A stretch of DNA of 64,000 nucleotides, from the IMG/VR virus record IMGVR_UViG_3300045391_006705, one strand, 5' to 3'. Below, piece by piece: positions 24,871 to 34,621 of the stretch. The notes beneath the pieces are model-generated. The model saw only the letters and a list, made by a program, of their open reading frames with translations, was not told the DNA's origin and searched no databases. A program made the translations under genes and the position numbers. Numbering within the stretch: the stretch's first letter is position 1; each line of letters opens with the position of its first letter. The DNA is from an uncultured virus (IMG/VR IMGVR_UViG_3300045391_006705). Its lineage: Duplodnaviria > Heunggongvirae > Uroviricota > Caudoviricetes.

Positions 24871-25356
24871 GTGGCCAAGACGTTCTTCCCACAGCAGCGA
24901 CAGTTGACCTGCGTCGTGGCCGCCCTCCGGAGCGTGCTTGCGACGCAGTTCGGCGTTGCCATCCGGGAGGACCTGCTGCGGTTCGCGGGGGACGACGCGC
25001 AGGCGCCGATCGTCAAATTCGGGGCGGGCACGGGCCAGATCCGCCAGATGCTCGACGTCGCCAACCGGGCGGCGAACACCGGCCCGCGCTGGCGGCTCCG
25101 CGTCCGGCAGCGGGCGACGGTGGCGGACTTGGCGCGCGAGGTCCGGGACGGTCGCGTCCCCATGGCCCACATCGCGATCGCCGACCGGGACGACATCCGG
25201 CACATGGTCGTGGTCTGCGGCTACCGCCCGGGCCGCGTCCGCTACTTCGACCCGGCCACGGGCCGCCGCCGCTGGGTCGGGGCGGGCGCCTTCCGGGCGG
25301 TCTGGCTGGACCCGACCGGCGCCACCTGGCTCGCGGTCGTCACCGACGGGAGATAA
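24871..25356 (+). CDS. C39-like cysteine peptidase
   Basis: Q..TCVVAAL, HMVVV, YFDPA. Confidence 0.75.
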   Translation: MAKTFFPQQRQLTCVVAALRSVLATQFGVAIREDLLRFAGDDAQAPIVKFGAGTGQIRQMLDVANRAANTGPRWRLRVRQRATVADLAREVRDGRVPMAHIAIADRDDIRHMVVVCGYRPGRVRYFDPATGRRRWVGAGAFRAVWLDPTGATWLAVVTDGR

Positions 25357-25360
25357 CGCC

Positions 25361-25594
25361 ATGCGAACGATCAACTTGCTCCGCGCCTCGGTCGAGGACC
25401 GCGCGACGTGCAACGCGAAGGTCTGGTTCGACGGCGCGCCGCTGTCCTACTGCGTCGCGGCGGACGCCGAGGCCGGCTGGGTCGACGTCCGGGTTCGGCT
25501 GGACGAGATTCCGGGGCTCGAGGGCGAGCGTTGGCTGGGCCGGTCGCTCGAGCGCCGGTGGGGCCTGGTCGAGATCCGGCTGGAGGTCGAATGA
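25361..25594 (+). CDS. hypothetical protein
   Basis: RBS; ATGA overlap. Confidence 0.65.
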   Translation: MRTINLLRASVEDRATCNAKVWFDGAPLSYCVAADAEAGWVDVRVRLDEIPGLEGERWLGRSLERRWGLVEIRLEVE

Positions 25595-26061
25595 AGCTCC
25601 CCGGCCGCTTTCTCATGTCGCATCCGCACTATTGCGCGTGCGGCCGCTGCAAGGAGGACCGGCGCCGCAAGCACGGCCACCGGGACGGCGGGTCCGACCC
25701 GGCGGCCGACGCCCTGGTGCGCCGGCACACGTTCGCCTGGCAGATCTTCCACGACGAGAAGGGCAAGGCCTCGATGGCCCGGTCGCTCCTCGTCTACTGG
25801 ACCCTCCAGACGTCGGTGCTGCTCTGGATCCCGTGGGTCGGGGCCGGCGCCCTGGCGCTGGCGGGGAGCATCCAGACGGCCTTGATCGCCTGGGCGGCGG
25901 GCCCACGGATCGCCGCCTACCTCGGTCCGCAGGTGGCGGCCGTGGGGTCGGCGGTGGCCTCCGCCTTCCGCAAGGACCGGGATCCCGCGCTGGGGATCGA
26001 GCCGACCGACCTCGCCGTCCCTGGAACCGATCCGGCGGCCGACCCGGCGGCGCCGTCGTGA
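25591..26061 (+). CDS. putative holin (2 TM)
   Basis: GKASMARSLL then hydrophobic helices; directly upstream of the lysin. Confidence 0.5.
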   Translation: MKLPGRFLMSHPHYCACGRCKEDRRRKHGHRDGGSDPAADALVRRHTFAWQIFHDEKGKASMARSLLVYWTLQTSVLLWIPWVGAGALALAGSIQTALIAWAAGPRIAAYLGPQVAAVGSAVASAFRKDRDPALGIEPTDLAVPGTDPAADPAAPS

Positions 26062-26576
26062 TCGCCGAGGCCTGGCCGCGCGTCCGGGCGGTGGCGTACG
26101 CCTTCCGGAACTTCACCGAGCTGCCGCCGGCCTCCAACCGGGGCCAGGTGGTCGACCGGTTGCAGGAATTCGCGGGCCTCGACCCCAAGGGCGCCAACCC
26201 CTGGTGCGCCTGCGCGGTCTACTACGCCGGGTTCCACGGCCTGCTCGACCCGATCGCAGGCGCGAGCGCCTGGCCGCTGCCGAAGACGGCGTCGTGCGCC
26301 CTGCTCGGCCAGTTCGCGCGGGCCAAGGGCGTCCTGGTGGCGGAGCCGGCCGAGGGCGACGTGTTCCTCCTCTTCTACCCCAAGCTCAAGCGGTTCGCCC
26401 ACACCGGCTTTGTGATCGGGCGGAACGCCGACGGCTCGTGGCGGACGCTCGAAGGGAACACCTCGAAGCCTGGCGACACCAATCCCGCCACCCAGCGCGA
26501 GGGGTGGGGTTGGTTCGAACGGTCGCGGCGTTTCGGCGTCGAGGACCGCTTCATCCGGTGGTTGCCTTTGCTCTAG
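26058..26576 (+). CDS. CHAP-domain endolysin
   Basis: N.G..V..PWCACAV..GDVF..HTGFV..TLEGNT. Confidence 0.8.
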   Translation: MIAEAWPRVRAVAYAFRNFTELPPASNRGQVVDRLQEFAGLDPKGANPWCACAVYYAGFHGLLDPIAGASAWPLPKTASCALLGQFARAKGVLVAEPAEGDVFLLFYPKLKRFAHTGFVIGRNADGSWRTLEGNTSKPGDTNPATQREGWGWFERSRRFGVEDRFIRWLPLL

Positions 26577-26784
26577 CGATCCGGAATGTCGGGCCGTCGG
26601 GCGGCCAAACGAGCTCGAAGAACCAGACCGTAAGGGCGGTTCCGCTTATGTAGGTGAACGTATCGCAGCCGGCGCACACGATGCTCTGGTTGTCGGAGGC
26701 GATGCGGTAGCGGTCGCCGCCGCAGGCGTGGCACCGGCGCCACCGGTCCTCGAGCGTGGCGGCGGCCGCCTCGGCTTCGGACAT
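26551..26784 (-). CDS. helix-Zn-ribbon family paralog 21 (isolated, opposite strand)
   Basis: MSEAEAAAATLEDRWRR-CHAC...CAGC. Confidence 0.8.
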   Translation of the reverse strand: MSEAEAAAATLEDRWRRCHACGGDRYRIASDNQSIVCAGCDTFTYISGTALTVWFFELVWPPDGPTFRIARAKATTG

Positions 26785-26839
26785 GGGCATGCGGCAAGGT
26801 AACCCCGGTCGGGCCTTCGAGGCCAGGCCGGGGATTTTT

Positions 26840-26871
26840 GCGTGATGGCCGCCCGTCCCCGGGCGTCTCTC
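26840..26871 (+). promoter_or_regulatory. class I promoter-like motif (copy 4), abutting the primase start
   Basis: CGTGAT-N17-CGTCTCTC, GTG at 26873. Confidence 0.8.
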
Positions 26872-26872
26872 C

Positions 26873-28975
26873 GTGGACCTCACCCCGGAAGGCGTATTGT
26901 CGGTGTCGGACGCGGTGCTCGCTCGTTACATGACGCTCTTCGAGGGGCGGGACGATCAGTACGCCCAGGGGTACGTGGACGAGCGAAAGCCGTGGAAGAA
27001 CCGGTACCGAACCGTCAACGCGCCCCTGACGCCGGACGTCGTCCGTCGCCACATCGATGGGGAGGAGACGTTCGGCCTGTACTGCGAGCGGAACGGTCTG
27101 GCGAAGTGGCTCGCCCTTGACTTCGACTCGCCGAAGGACGAGAACGGCCATCCGGTGGACGGCGGGTATGAGGTGGCGGCCGCCGAGGCGGCGGCCTTCC
27201 GGGCGGACCTGCTGCGCAAGGGGCTGTTCACCCATGTGGAGCGGTCCCGGTCCGGGAACGGCGTCCACGTCTGGGGCTTCCTCGACGGGTGGGTCGACGC
27301 GCGGGAACTCGCCGGCCTCGTCGCCCGGCTCCTCCGGCCGGAGTTCAAGACCGTCGACAAGGGCAAGATCTACCCGCCGCTCCGCCAGTCCGGCAATTCG
27401 ATCCTGATCTGCTTCCCCTACGCGGGCGAGGCGGTCGAGCGCGGCAATTCGATGTTCCTCGACGACGCCGGGGCCGAGATCCCGCTCGAGGCGTTCCTCG
27501 ACCAGGTGCGGGTCAACCCGGCCAGCGTGCTGGCGCGGGTCGGGGCGGAGGCCCTGGCGGCGGCTCCGGCGCGGCCCGGCGCTCGCGAACCGGGCGCGGC
27601 GTCCTTCGCGCCGGACCTGCGGGTGGGGGAGTTCGAGGGGCGGCCCAAGGTGCTCGGGACCGGGATCATGAAGATGCTGTCGCCCTTCGGCTGCAACGTC
27701 ATGCGGCAGATCTGGCTCAACCAGCACGACTCGAGCCTCGTCGGCGAGCCGGCCTGGCACGCGATGCTGCTCCAACTCTCGGCCTTCAAGCACGGCCGGG
27801 ACGCGGCCCACGCGCTGTTCCGCAGCCACAAGTACTACGACGAACGGGGCTGCGACGAGAAGTTCGACCATGCGGCGCAGAACCCGCCGCACGGCTGCCA
27901 GTACCTGCACGAGAACTTCCCGCAGTTCAAGTGCGCGGGCTGCCCGATGACGGCGCCGTACCGGCGGGGCTACCAGTCCCTGACGCAATTGTGCGGCGAG
28001 TCGCCGGAGGAGCTCCGCCGGGCGCTCTACAAGAAGGACCTCGAGCGCATCCGCCGCCTCGACGCCTCGCCGACGCCGGCGGGCATCACGAGCGGCATCC
28101 CCGGCGTGGACGACCAGTTCCGGCTCGTGCCCGGCGACTTCGTGGCGATCGGGGCGCAGCCGTCGATCGGAAAGACCGCCCTCGGCGTCCACATGGTGAA
28201 CACCGTGGCGCCGACGGGCGTCGACGTGGCCGTGTTCAGCGCCGAGTCGGGGCCGGTGAGCTTCCACAACCGCCAGATCGCCCACCGGGCCGGCATCGAC
28301 TCCTACGCCCTGACCGGCACCCGGTCGCAGGGCGGCCAGAAGGTCCGTCTGAGTGCGGAGGAGTGGGCGGCCGTGGAGGAGGCGACCGACTGGCTCGAGG
28401 GGCAGCCGATCTGGGAGAACTACACGACGGCCAGCCCCGAGCGGATCTACGACGCCATCGAGGCGATGCTCTGCGGCCGCCGGCGGCCGCTCACCGACCC
28501 GGCCCTGGTCCTGTTCGACTACTTCCAGTACGCGCAGCCGATCGACGACGACCGGAAGGTCGAGCCGCACGTCGTGCTCGCGCGCGCCTCGCACGCCTTC
28601 AAGTGCGTGACGAAGGTGGTCGAGCACCCGCTCGTGGTGTTCGCGCAGCTGATCCGCGAGTCCGAGGGCGACGACGACCCGAAGATCAACTGGTGGCGCG
28701 GGACGGCGCGGCTGGAGCACGACATCGACGGCGGGATCATCATGACCGGCGAGCGGATGCCGGGCCGGCACGTGCCGCGCCGCATCCACTGCGTCAAGCG
28801 GCGCGAGGGGCAGGTCGGCTGGAAGCAGGACCTGCTCCTCGAGCAGTCGACGTGCCGGTTCGAGGGGCCGCCGGCCCAGGCGGCGCCGGCGGGCGAGCAG
28901 CTGCACGACCCGCCGTGGGAGACCGGGGCGGGCCAGATGACGCTGGTGAAGCCCAGCGACGACGTGCCGTGGTGA
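26873..28975 (+). CDS. AEP (TOTE-type) primase + PriL-like Cys domain + DnaB-like helicase fusion
   Basis: LDFD, ERSRSGNGVHVW; C..C..C..CP; Walker A AQPSIGKT, FDYFQ, AQLIR, EHDID. Confidence 0.85.
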   Translation: MDLTPEGVLSVSDAVLARYMTLFEGRDDQYAQGYVDERKPWKNRYRTVNAPLTPDVVRRHIDGEETFGLYCERNGLAKWLALDFDSPKDENGHPVDGGYEVAAAEAAAFRADLLRKGLFTHVERSRSGNGVHVWGFLDGWVDARELAGLVARLLRPEFKTVDKGKIYPPLRQSGNSILICFPYAGEAVERGNSMFLDDAGAEIPLEAFLDQVRVNPASVLARVGAEALAAAPARPGAREPGAASFAPDLRVGEFEGRPKVLGTGIMKMLSPFGCNVMRQIWLNQHDSSLVGEPAWHAMLLQLSAFKHGRDAAHALFRSHKYYDERGCDEKFDHAAQNPPHGCQYLHENFPQFKCAGCPMTAPYRRGYQSLTQLCGESPEELRRALYKKDLERIRRLDASPTPAGITSGIPGVDDQFRLVPGDFVAIGAQPSIGKTALGVHMVNTVAPTGVDVAVFSAESGPVSFHNRQIAHRAGIDSYALTGTRSQGGQKVRLSAEEWAAVEEATDWLEGQPIWENYTTASPERIYDAIEAMLCGRRRPLTDPALVLFDYFQYAQPIDDDRKVEPHVVLARASHAFKCVTKVVEHPLVVFAQLIRESEGDDDPKINWWRGTARLEHDIDGGIIMTGERMPGRHVPRRIHCVKRREGQVGWKQDLLLEQSTCRFEGPPAQAAPAGEQLHDPPWETGAGQMTLVKPSDDVPW

Positions 28976-29000
28976 GCGACCGGCTACAACAGGAGGCGGG

Positions 29001-31484
29001 ATGACGGGCGGGGTGGCGGAGGCGGTCGGGCAACGGCGGCTGGAGCGGCTCCCGTCGGGCGAATCGGTGTGGGTGACCGAAACCGACGGCGCGGGCACGC
29101 CGCGCATGATCGAGCAGCAGATGGCGGTCGGCCGGAAGAACGGCCGGGCCGTGACGCTCGCCATCCGGCAGTTCTACGTCTGCCGGGACTCGGAGGTCCA
29201 GCACTACCTCGACTGGCTCGAGACCCTGCCGAGGGACGGGCGCGGGCGGCGCCAACTGGGGTGGGACACCGAGACGTCCGGGATCCACTGGCGGAAGGAG
29301 AAGATCGCGACGGAGCAGTTCGGCAACCCGTTCGCGGACGACCCCCGCGCCTACACGTTCGACGTCCGGTGCCTGTCGGCGGCCGCGCTCGCGCGGGTGA
29401 TGGCGCCGGTCGACGACCCGTCGTTCGTCAAGCTGGTCCAGCACGGCAAGTTCGAGTGCCTCTACGCCATGCACCACCTGGGCGCGCGGCCGACGATGCT
29501 CATCGACACCCAGGTGGCCGAGTTGGTGATCCGTACCGGGCTCCTGCCCGGCGGCGACGGGGACGGCGGCGGCGACGGCCAGGACCGCCGCGCCTACGGC
29601 GCCTGCTCCATGAAGAAGCTCGTCGAGCGGCGCTGCGGCGGCCTCGACATCGACAAGGACCACGACCTCCGCGTCTCCTTCTACGTCACGCCGCCGGGAC
29701 AGCATTCCGTCCGGCAGGTGCTCTACGCCGGTTCCGACACGATCCACCCGTTCTACATCTGGCGCGACCAGCAGCGCGACGTGGACGCCCGGGCGCTCCG
29801 GTCCGTCCTGGCGGTCGAGTTCGAGCTCATCCCGGTCCTCGCCGAGATGGAGATCGCGGGCATGGCCTTCGATTCCGAGGCCTGGATCACGCTCTGGCAG
29901 GAGGCGGTGGAGCAGCAGGACCGGATCGAGCGGCGGCTCGACGCCATGTTCCTCGTCGTCCAGGGCGACTTGTTCAACGGCACGCTGGTCGACGACTCGC
30001 CGTCGCGGCCGTGCACGATCTGCGGCGGGTCCGGCAAGCGGCAGGGCCGGGGCGAGTGCGACTACTGCGGCGGCACCGGCCGCACGCGCGGCCAGGGCGT
30101 CCGGCCGCTCTACACCGCCGGCAAGGGCAAGAACGCCAAGCCGCGCCCGTTGAACTGGGGGTCCTCGGCCCAGGTCAAGTGGGCCCTCCGGCAGTACTGC
30201 GCGGCCGTGGCCTGGCCGATCACCCTCGTCACCACCGAGAAGGAACTGCTCGACCTCAAGCGGCGGCTCGGCGTGGAGTGGCTCCGGCGCCGGAAGTTGA
30301 TCGGCTTCGACGAGGAGGGCCGTCTGCTCGACGCCGCCGGGAAGCCCCTCGCCGCCATCCCGGACGAACTCGCGGAACAGGTGCCCGACTACGTCATTCC
30401 GGAGGAGACCCACTGCCTCCTGCTGTCTGCCGACCACAAGGACCTGACCCTCCGGAAGATCCGGGGGCAGTTGCCGAAGGACTTCGTGGAACTGATCCTG
30501 GACTACTCCGAGACGAAGGCCAAGCTCGGCACGTTCGGGATCGACTTCCTCAAGAACGTGCACGACGACGGCCGGGTGCGGTTCGAGTTCCACCAGGCCG
30601 TGACCGCGACTGGCCGCCTCAGCGCGAGTCCCAACGGAATGAACATCCCGAGGGACGAGCGATACCGCGCGTGCTTCCGCGCCGGCAAGGGTAAGAAGTT
30701 GTGCATCGCGGACTACAGCCAGCAGGAGCCTCGTCTATCCGCCGTTGTATCGCAGGACGAACTCTACCTCCGCAACTATCGCAACGGTGACGACCTCTAC
30801 GTCGTGCTCACGGAGGAGATGGTGGGCTACCGGCCCGACGTCCATGCCGAGGACGAAGAATTTCGCAAGAAATCCAAGAAGGACAGGCAGTCGACAAAAT
30901 CCACTGCACTCGGGCTCGGGTACAGAATGGGAAAGGGTAAACTACGCGACAAGCTGACGTACGACCTGGGCGAGCCGGTGACGTTTGAGGCGGCCTCCCA
31001 GCAGCACGACGCCTATCTGAGCCGATGCCCTGGCATCAAGACGTTCCAAGAACTCTGCTTCGAGAAAGCTAATCCAGAGTCTGAAACTGCCGTGCGGATC
31101 TGGGACGAGTACCTCGGACAGGCGGTGACCTTCATCGAGAGCCCGTGCGGCCGCAAGCGGTTTTTTGCCCCCGATTCTCTGAGCGTCTACACCGAGGCCT
31201 GCAACTTTCCTATCCAAGCGGCCGGGGCCACAATGACGAAGAGCGCCATGTGCCTGATCACCAGGGAGATCCGGCGACGCGGCTGGGCCGGTCGCGCCTA
31301 CATCGTAAACGCCATTCACGACGAGTTGGTCGTCGAAGCCGACGCCGACATCGCGCCAGAGGTGGCGGTCATGATGAAAGAGGAGATGGAGCGTTCCGGG
31401 TCGCATTACCTGAGAGGGGTAGTACCGGCTATCGCGGACTTCGCTACGACCGACGGAACGGCGGATTGCTGGGTGAAGGGCTGA
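29001..31484 (+). CDS. polA: family A DNA polymerase with 3'-5' exonuclease
   Basis: DTETSG exo I; TATGRLS; ADYSQQEPR; KSTALGLGY; NFPIQ; IHDELV. Confidence 0.95.
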   Translation: MTGGVAEAVGQRRLERLPSGESVWVTETDGAGTPRMIEQQMAVGRKNGRAVTLAIRQFYVCRDSEVQHYLDWLETLPRDGRGRRQLGWDTETSGIHWRKEKIATEQFGNPFADDPRAYTFDVRCLSAAALARVMAPVDDPSFVKLVQHGKFECLYAMHHLGARPTMLIDTQVAELVIRTGLLPGGDGDGGGDGQDRRAYGACSMKKLVERRCGGLDIDKDHDLRVSFYVTPPGQHSVRQVLYAGSDTIHPFYIWRDQQRDVDARALRSVLAVEFELIPVLAEMEIAGMAFDSEAWITLWQEAVEQQDRIERRLDAMFLVVQGDLFNGTLVDDSPSRPCTICGGSGKRQGRGECDYCGGTGRTRGQGVRPLYTAGKGKNAKPRPLNWGSSAQVKWALRQYCAAVAWPITLVTTEKELLDLKRRLGVEWLRRRKLIGFDEEGRLLDAAGKPLAAIPDELAEQVPDYVIPEETHCLLLSADHKDLTLRKIRGQLPKDFVELILDYSETKAKLGTFGIDFLKNVHDDGRVRFEFHQAVTATGRLSASPNGMNIPRDERYRACFRAGKGKKLCIADYSQQEPRLSAVVSQDELYLRNYRNGDDLYVVLTEEMVGYRPDVHAEDEEFRKKSKKDRQSTKSTALGLGYRMGKGKLRDKLTYDLGEPVTFEAASQQHDAYLSRCPGIKTFQELCFEKANPESETAVRIWDEYLGQAVTFIESPCGRKRFFAPDSLSVYTEACNFPIQAAGATMTKSAMCLITREIRRRGWAGRAYIVNAIHDELVVEADADIAPEVAVMMKEEMERSGSHYLRGVVPAIADFATTDGTADCWVKG

Positions 31485-31855
31485 TGGACTGCACCCGTTG
31501 CCGCTTGCATGCGGCCCGCCACCCACGGACCATCGACGGCCGGCGCGAGATCCTGTGCGGCCCGTGCCTCCTCGCCATGTCGCAGGCGGATCGCCACGCC
31601 GTGGGCGAGACGATGGCGTTGCGGCGGGAGGAGTACCGACGCCTCATGGCGGAGGCGAAGGCCGAGTACGACGCCTGGCAGGCCGCCTTCACCGCCGGCA
31701 TCCGCGACCGCCTGTCGCGCGCCGACGCGCGCCGGACGCTCCTCGGCCTCCCGACCGGGGCCGAATTGGAGCGCGAGTTCCCCACCGCGCGCACGCAAGC
31801 CCCCAACAACGGAGCACCCGAATGCGAGAACGATCGAAGCCGGATCCGCAGCTGA
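31484..31855 (+). CDS. hypothetical Zn-binding protein
   Basis: CTRC..CGPC; TGATG coupling. Confidence 0.65.
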   Translation: MDCTRCRLHAARHPRTIDGRREILCGPCLLAMSQADRHAVGETMALRREEYRRLMAEAKAEYDAWQAAFTAGIRDRLSRADARRTLLGLPTGAELEREFPTARTQAPNNGAPECENDRSRIRS

Positions 31856-32256
31856 GTTCCGACCCCGCCGTGTGGGAGGCCGCGCCGCCCACCGAGGCGG
31901 CCACGCGGCACCCGCCCAAGGGCACGGGCCCGAGGCTCGAGTACCGGGCGTACGTGCGGTACTCCAATGCGGGCGTGCCGCACGTGGCGACGGCGGTCGT
32001 GCCGCAGTTCGCGCCGTCGGTCGGGCCGGACGGCAAGCCGCTCGGCCAGGCCGTCAACCACGAGAAGCGGCTGCGGCGCGCGCTCGCCACGGCCCTCGGC
32101 CTGGCGTCGCCCCGGGCGCGGCGGCGCGGCAAGCGCGTCCTCGACGCGGCGGTGCGGCACTGGCGCGCGCGGCTCGAGGAGCGGCAGGCGGCGGCGGCCA
32201 GGGAAGCGGAGCAACTCGCCGCCGAGGTGCGCGCGTCCGGCGGGGAGGGGGCATGA
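31822..32256 (+). CDS. hypothetical basic protein
   Basis: GGAG RBS. Confidence 0.6.
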   Translation: MRERSKPDPQLSSDPAVWEAAPPTEAATRHPPKGTGPRLEYRAYVRYSNAGVPHVATAVVPQFAPSVGPDGKPLGQAVNHEKRLRRALATALGLASPRARRRGKRVLDAAVRHWRARLEERQAAAAREAEQLAAEVRASGGEGA

Positions 32257-32612
32257 AGGCCCACGCGTTCGACGTCGTCGCCCAGATGCGCGGCGGGCCC
32301 GAGATGAAGGGCGGCCGGTGCAGCTACTGCGGGTCGATGTCGCTCGAGCGGGCGCTCGAGCTCCTCAAGACGCCGGGCACGCGGTACGAGGGCCGGCCGT
32401 GGCACACGGGCTGGCCGGACCGCTTCGTCTTCGACGGCCAGGCGTTCTACTCCGAGCACCTTCGGGACGCGACCGACGAGGACCTGGCCCGCTGGAACCT
32501 GATCGCCAAGCCGCTCCTCGGCATCGGCTTCGTGCGCGAATCCGACGACCCGACCGACTTCTACTTCGAGGCGCCCGCGCCGGACCACCAGGCCGACGGG
32601 GTCGTGCCGTGA
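32253..32612 (+). CDS. hypothetical protein (CSYC motif)
   Basis: ATGA overlap. Confidence 0.7.
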   Translation: MKAHAFDVVAQMRGGPEMKGGRCSYCGSMSLERALELLKTPGTRYEGRPWHTGWPDRFVFDGQAFYSEHLRDATDEDLARWNLIAKPLLGIGFVRESDDPTDFYFEAPAPDHQADGVVP

Positions 32613-33364
32613 GCGGGCGGCGCGCGAAGCGGCGGCCGGCGGCCGAGCCGGCCGCGAATCCGCCCGAGCCGTGGAAGCGCTGCTCGGGCTGCGGGAAGGA
32701 GTCGGACGAATGCCTCTACGAGGCAAATCCGCTGCGGCCCGAGGCGGGGGGCGCCCGGCTGTGCCCGGCGTGCGCGGTCGAGCGCTGGCCCTGCCCCGTC
32801 TACTTCGTCTTCCACGCCGCCGTGCCCGACGAGGTCCGGCGGGCGCTCCGGTCCTGGGACGAACTCCAGCGCCTCCGCCGGTGGTTCGGCGGCACGCGGC
32901 CGTTCCCGATCCACGTCTACCACCGGCGGGAGGCGGAGACGCTCGCCTTCCAACTGCTGTACGACACGGCGCACCACGGGAGCGGCCGGCCGGTCGAGCC
33001 GTACAGCTACCGGGGCTGGTGCAGCTACCGCGAGATCGTGCTCCTGTGGGACGAGACCGAGACGGTCGACTCGATCCGGTGGCTCGCCCTCCACGAGTGC
33101 GCGCACCACGCCTGCAGCGCGTCGAAGATGATCGACGCCGCCATGGAGGCGGAGAACGCGAACGAGGGCCGCACGACCTACGAATGGAAGGACGACGTCG
33201 GCCACGAGGCCGATTCGGAGGAGCGGCTCGTCAACCGCGTGGCCACCGCCCACATGGGCGGGCGCGAATATGCGCGCCCGTGGTGGCGGCCCCGCGTCAA
33301 GGCCTACCTGGAAGGGCGGCCGATGCCGCCGGACCCCCACGCACCCGAGCCGGAGCCCGCATGA
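32609..33364 (+). CDS. Zn-finger + HExxH metallopeptidase-like protein
   Basis: CSGC..CPAC; LHECAHH..EE. Confidence 0.6.
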   Translation: MSGRRAKRRPAAEPAANPPEPWKRCSGCGKESDECLYEANPLRPEAGGARLCPACAVERWPCPVYFVFHAAVPDEVRRALRSWDELQRLRRWFGGTRPFPIHVYHRREAETLAFQLLYDTAHHGSGRPVEPYSYRGWCSYREIVLLWDETETVDSIRWLALHECAHHACSASKMIDAAMEAENANEGRTTYEWKDDVGHEADSEERLVNRVATAHMGGREYARPWWRPRVKAYLEGRPMPPDPHAPEPEPA

Positions 33365-33657
33365 AGCGCAGCAGCGCGGCGAAGCGCGCCTTCGACGCCG
33401 AAGGGCCGCTCCTCGTCGTGGGCCACATCTGGCAGTTCGACGGCGCCGGCGTGCGCCGGTACATCGTCCGGCGGTACCGGGAATCCGGCCGCTCGACGCT
33501 CTCCGAGCTCCACTACGTGGAGCGCGGGGCCGATTTCTGCCTCGCGTGTCTGTCGACCGACGTCGACGCCAAGTTCTACGGCGTCGGCGGGACGCCGCCG
33601 AGGAAGTTCTACCGTTGCCGGTCCTGCGAGGCCGCCTGGTGGGTGCTGCCGGCGTGA
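33361..33657 (+). CDS. Zn-ribbon protein
   Basis: CLAC..CRSC. Confidence 0.65.
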   Translation: MKRSSAAKRAFDAEGPLLVVGHIWQFDGAGVRRYIVRRYRESGRSTLSELHYVERGADFCLACLSTDVDAKFYGVGGTPPRKFYRCRSCEAAWWVLPA

Positions 33658-33683
33658 TGATCGCCGGGCCCCGGGCGTCTCTC
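33652..33683 (+). promoter_or_regulatory. class I promoter-like motif (copy 5)
   Basis: CGTGAT-N17-CGTCTCTC. Confidence 0.8.
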
Positions 33684-33708
33684 GCGTAGGGCAACCACGG
33701 GCGGGGTC

Positions 33709-34059
33709 GTGACGTTCCACTACGGATTGGTCGACTCGGACGAGGCGCGCGAGATCTACGCGAAGCTCCTCGCCGACTGGGTGGCGAAGTTCCGGAAGTC
33801 GTGGGAGAAGCACCACGCCGGCCTGGCGCCGACGGAGGAGAACATCGGCCGGGCCTACAAGGGCTGGTGGATGACGGTGGGGCCGACGTCCTTCAAGACG
33901 CCGGCCGACGCGAACCGGTTCAAGGCCGACCTGCGGGCGGCCGTGGTGGCGGAACTCGCCTCCATCACCGAGCGGCGCGAGGGCGAGTCCGTCTCGGTGA
34001 CCGTCAAGGTCAAGGGCATGGACACGGGCATCCTCGGCAAGTTGGGCGGCGATGGCTGA
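33709..34059 (+). CDS. hypothetical protein
   Basis: High GC3. Confidence 0.7.
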   Translation: MTFHYGLVDSDEAREIYAKLLADWVAKFRKSWEKHHAGLAPTEENIGRAYKGWWMTVGPTSFKTPADANRFKADLRAAVVAELASITERREGESVSVTVKVKGMDTGILGKLGGDG

Positions 34060-34621
34060 GTCCCTCGACGCCCTGACCGAGCCGTCGCCGACGGAGAAGG
34101 AGCGCGTCTACTACGACAACCTCCAGGTGCCGGTCAACCCGAACTACGACTTCGAGGCGGATCCCGGCGACCAGCAGTTCGAGTACGCGAACCCCGTCCA
34201 CCTCTCGAACAAGCTGGTCCTCTACACCAACGCCGCGATCCTGCTGGCGCGGAACATCGTGTCGCTGGCGCGGAAGCGCGAGCGGCTGCGGCTCGAGAAG
34301 AAGGAGGTCGACCGGAAGTTGCGGGACCTCCGCCGCGACGTCCTGGTGAAGAACCCGGCGCCGCCGTCGGCGGCGAAGAACCTCCTCCTCACCGACGCCT
34401 TCATGGCCCGGGCCCTGGAGTCCGAGGGGCTGCTCACCGGCTACCAGGAGTTCGAGCGGCGGAGCGCCGAGCTCGAGGACCAGGTCGAGGCGCTCAAGGA
34501 CGAGGGCGAGAACCTCCGGTTCACGATGCAGACGATCCAGTTGGCGGCGTCGAACGTGACCAACGCGCTGAGCTGGACGAAGGCGGAGGCGCGCATGACC
34601 GGCCGCGTCAATGGACCGTGA
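34052..34621 (+). CDS. coiled-coil protein
   Basis: Heptad-rich; high GC3. Confidence 0.75.
   Translation: MAESLDALTEPSPTEKERVYYDNLQVPVNPNYDFEADPGDQQFEYANPVHLSNKLVLYTNAAILLARNIVSLARKRERLRLEKKEVDRKLRDLRRDVLVKNPAPPSAAKNLLLTDAFMARALESEGLLTGYQEFERRSAELEDQVEALKDEGENLRFTMQTIQLAASNVTNALSWTKAEARMTGRVNGP

Noticed and set aside
29970..30450. Intein in PolA
   Set aside because: The insertions lack the C/S start, HN-C/S/T end and LAGLIDADG motifs.
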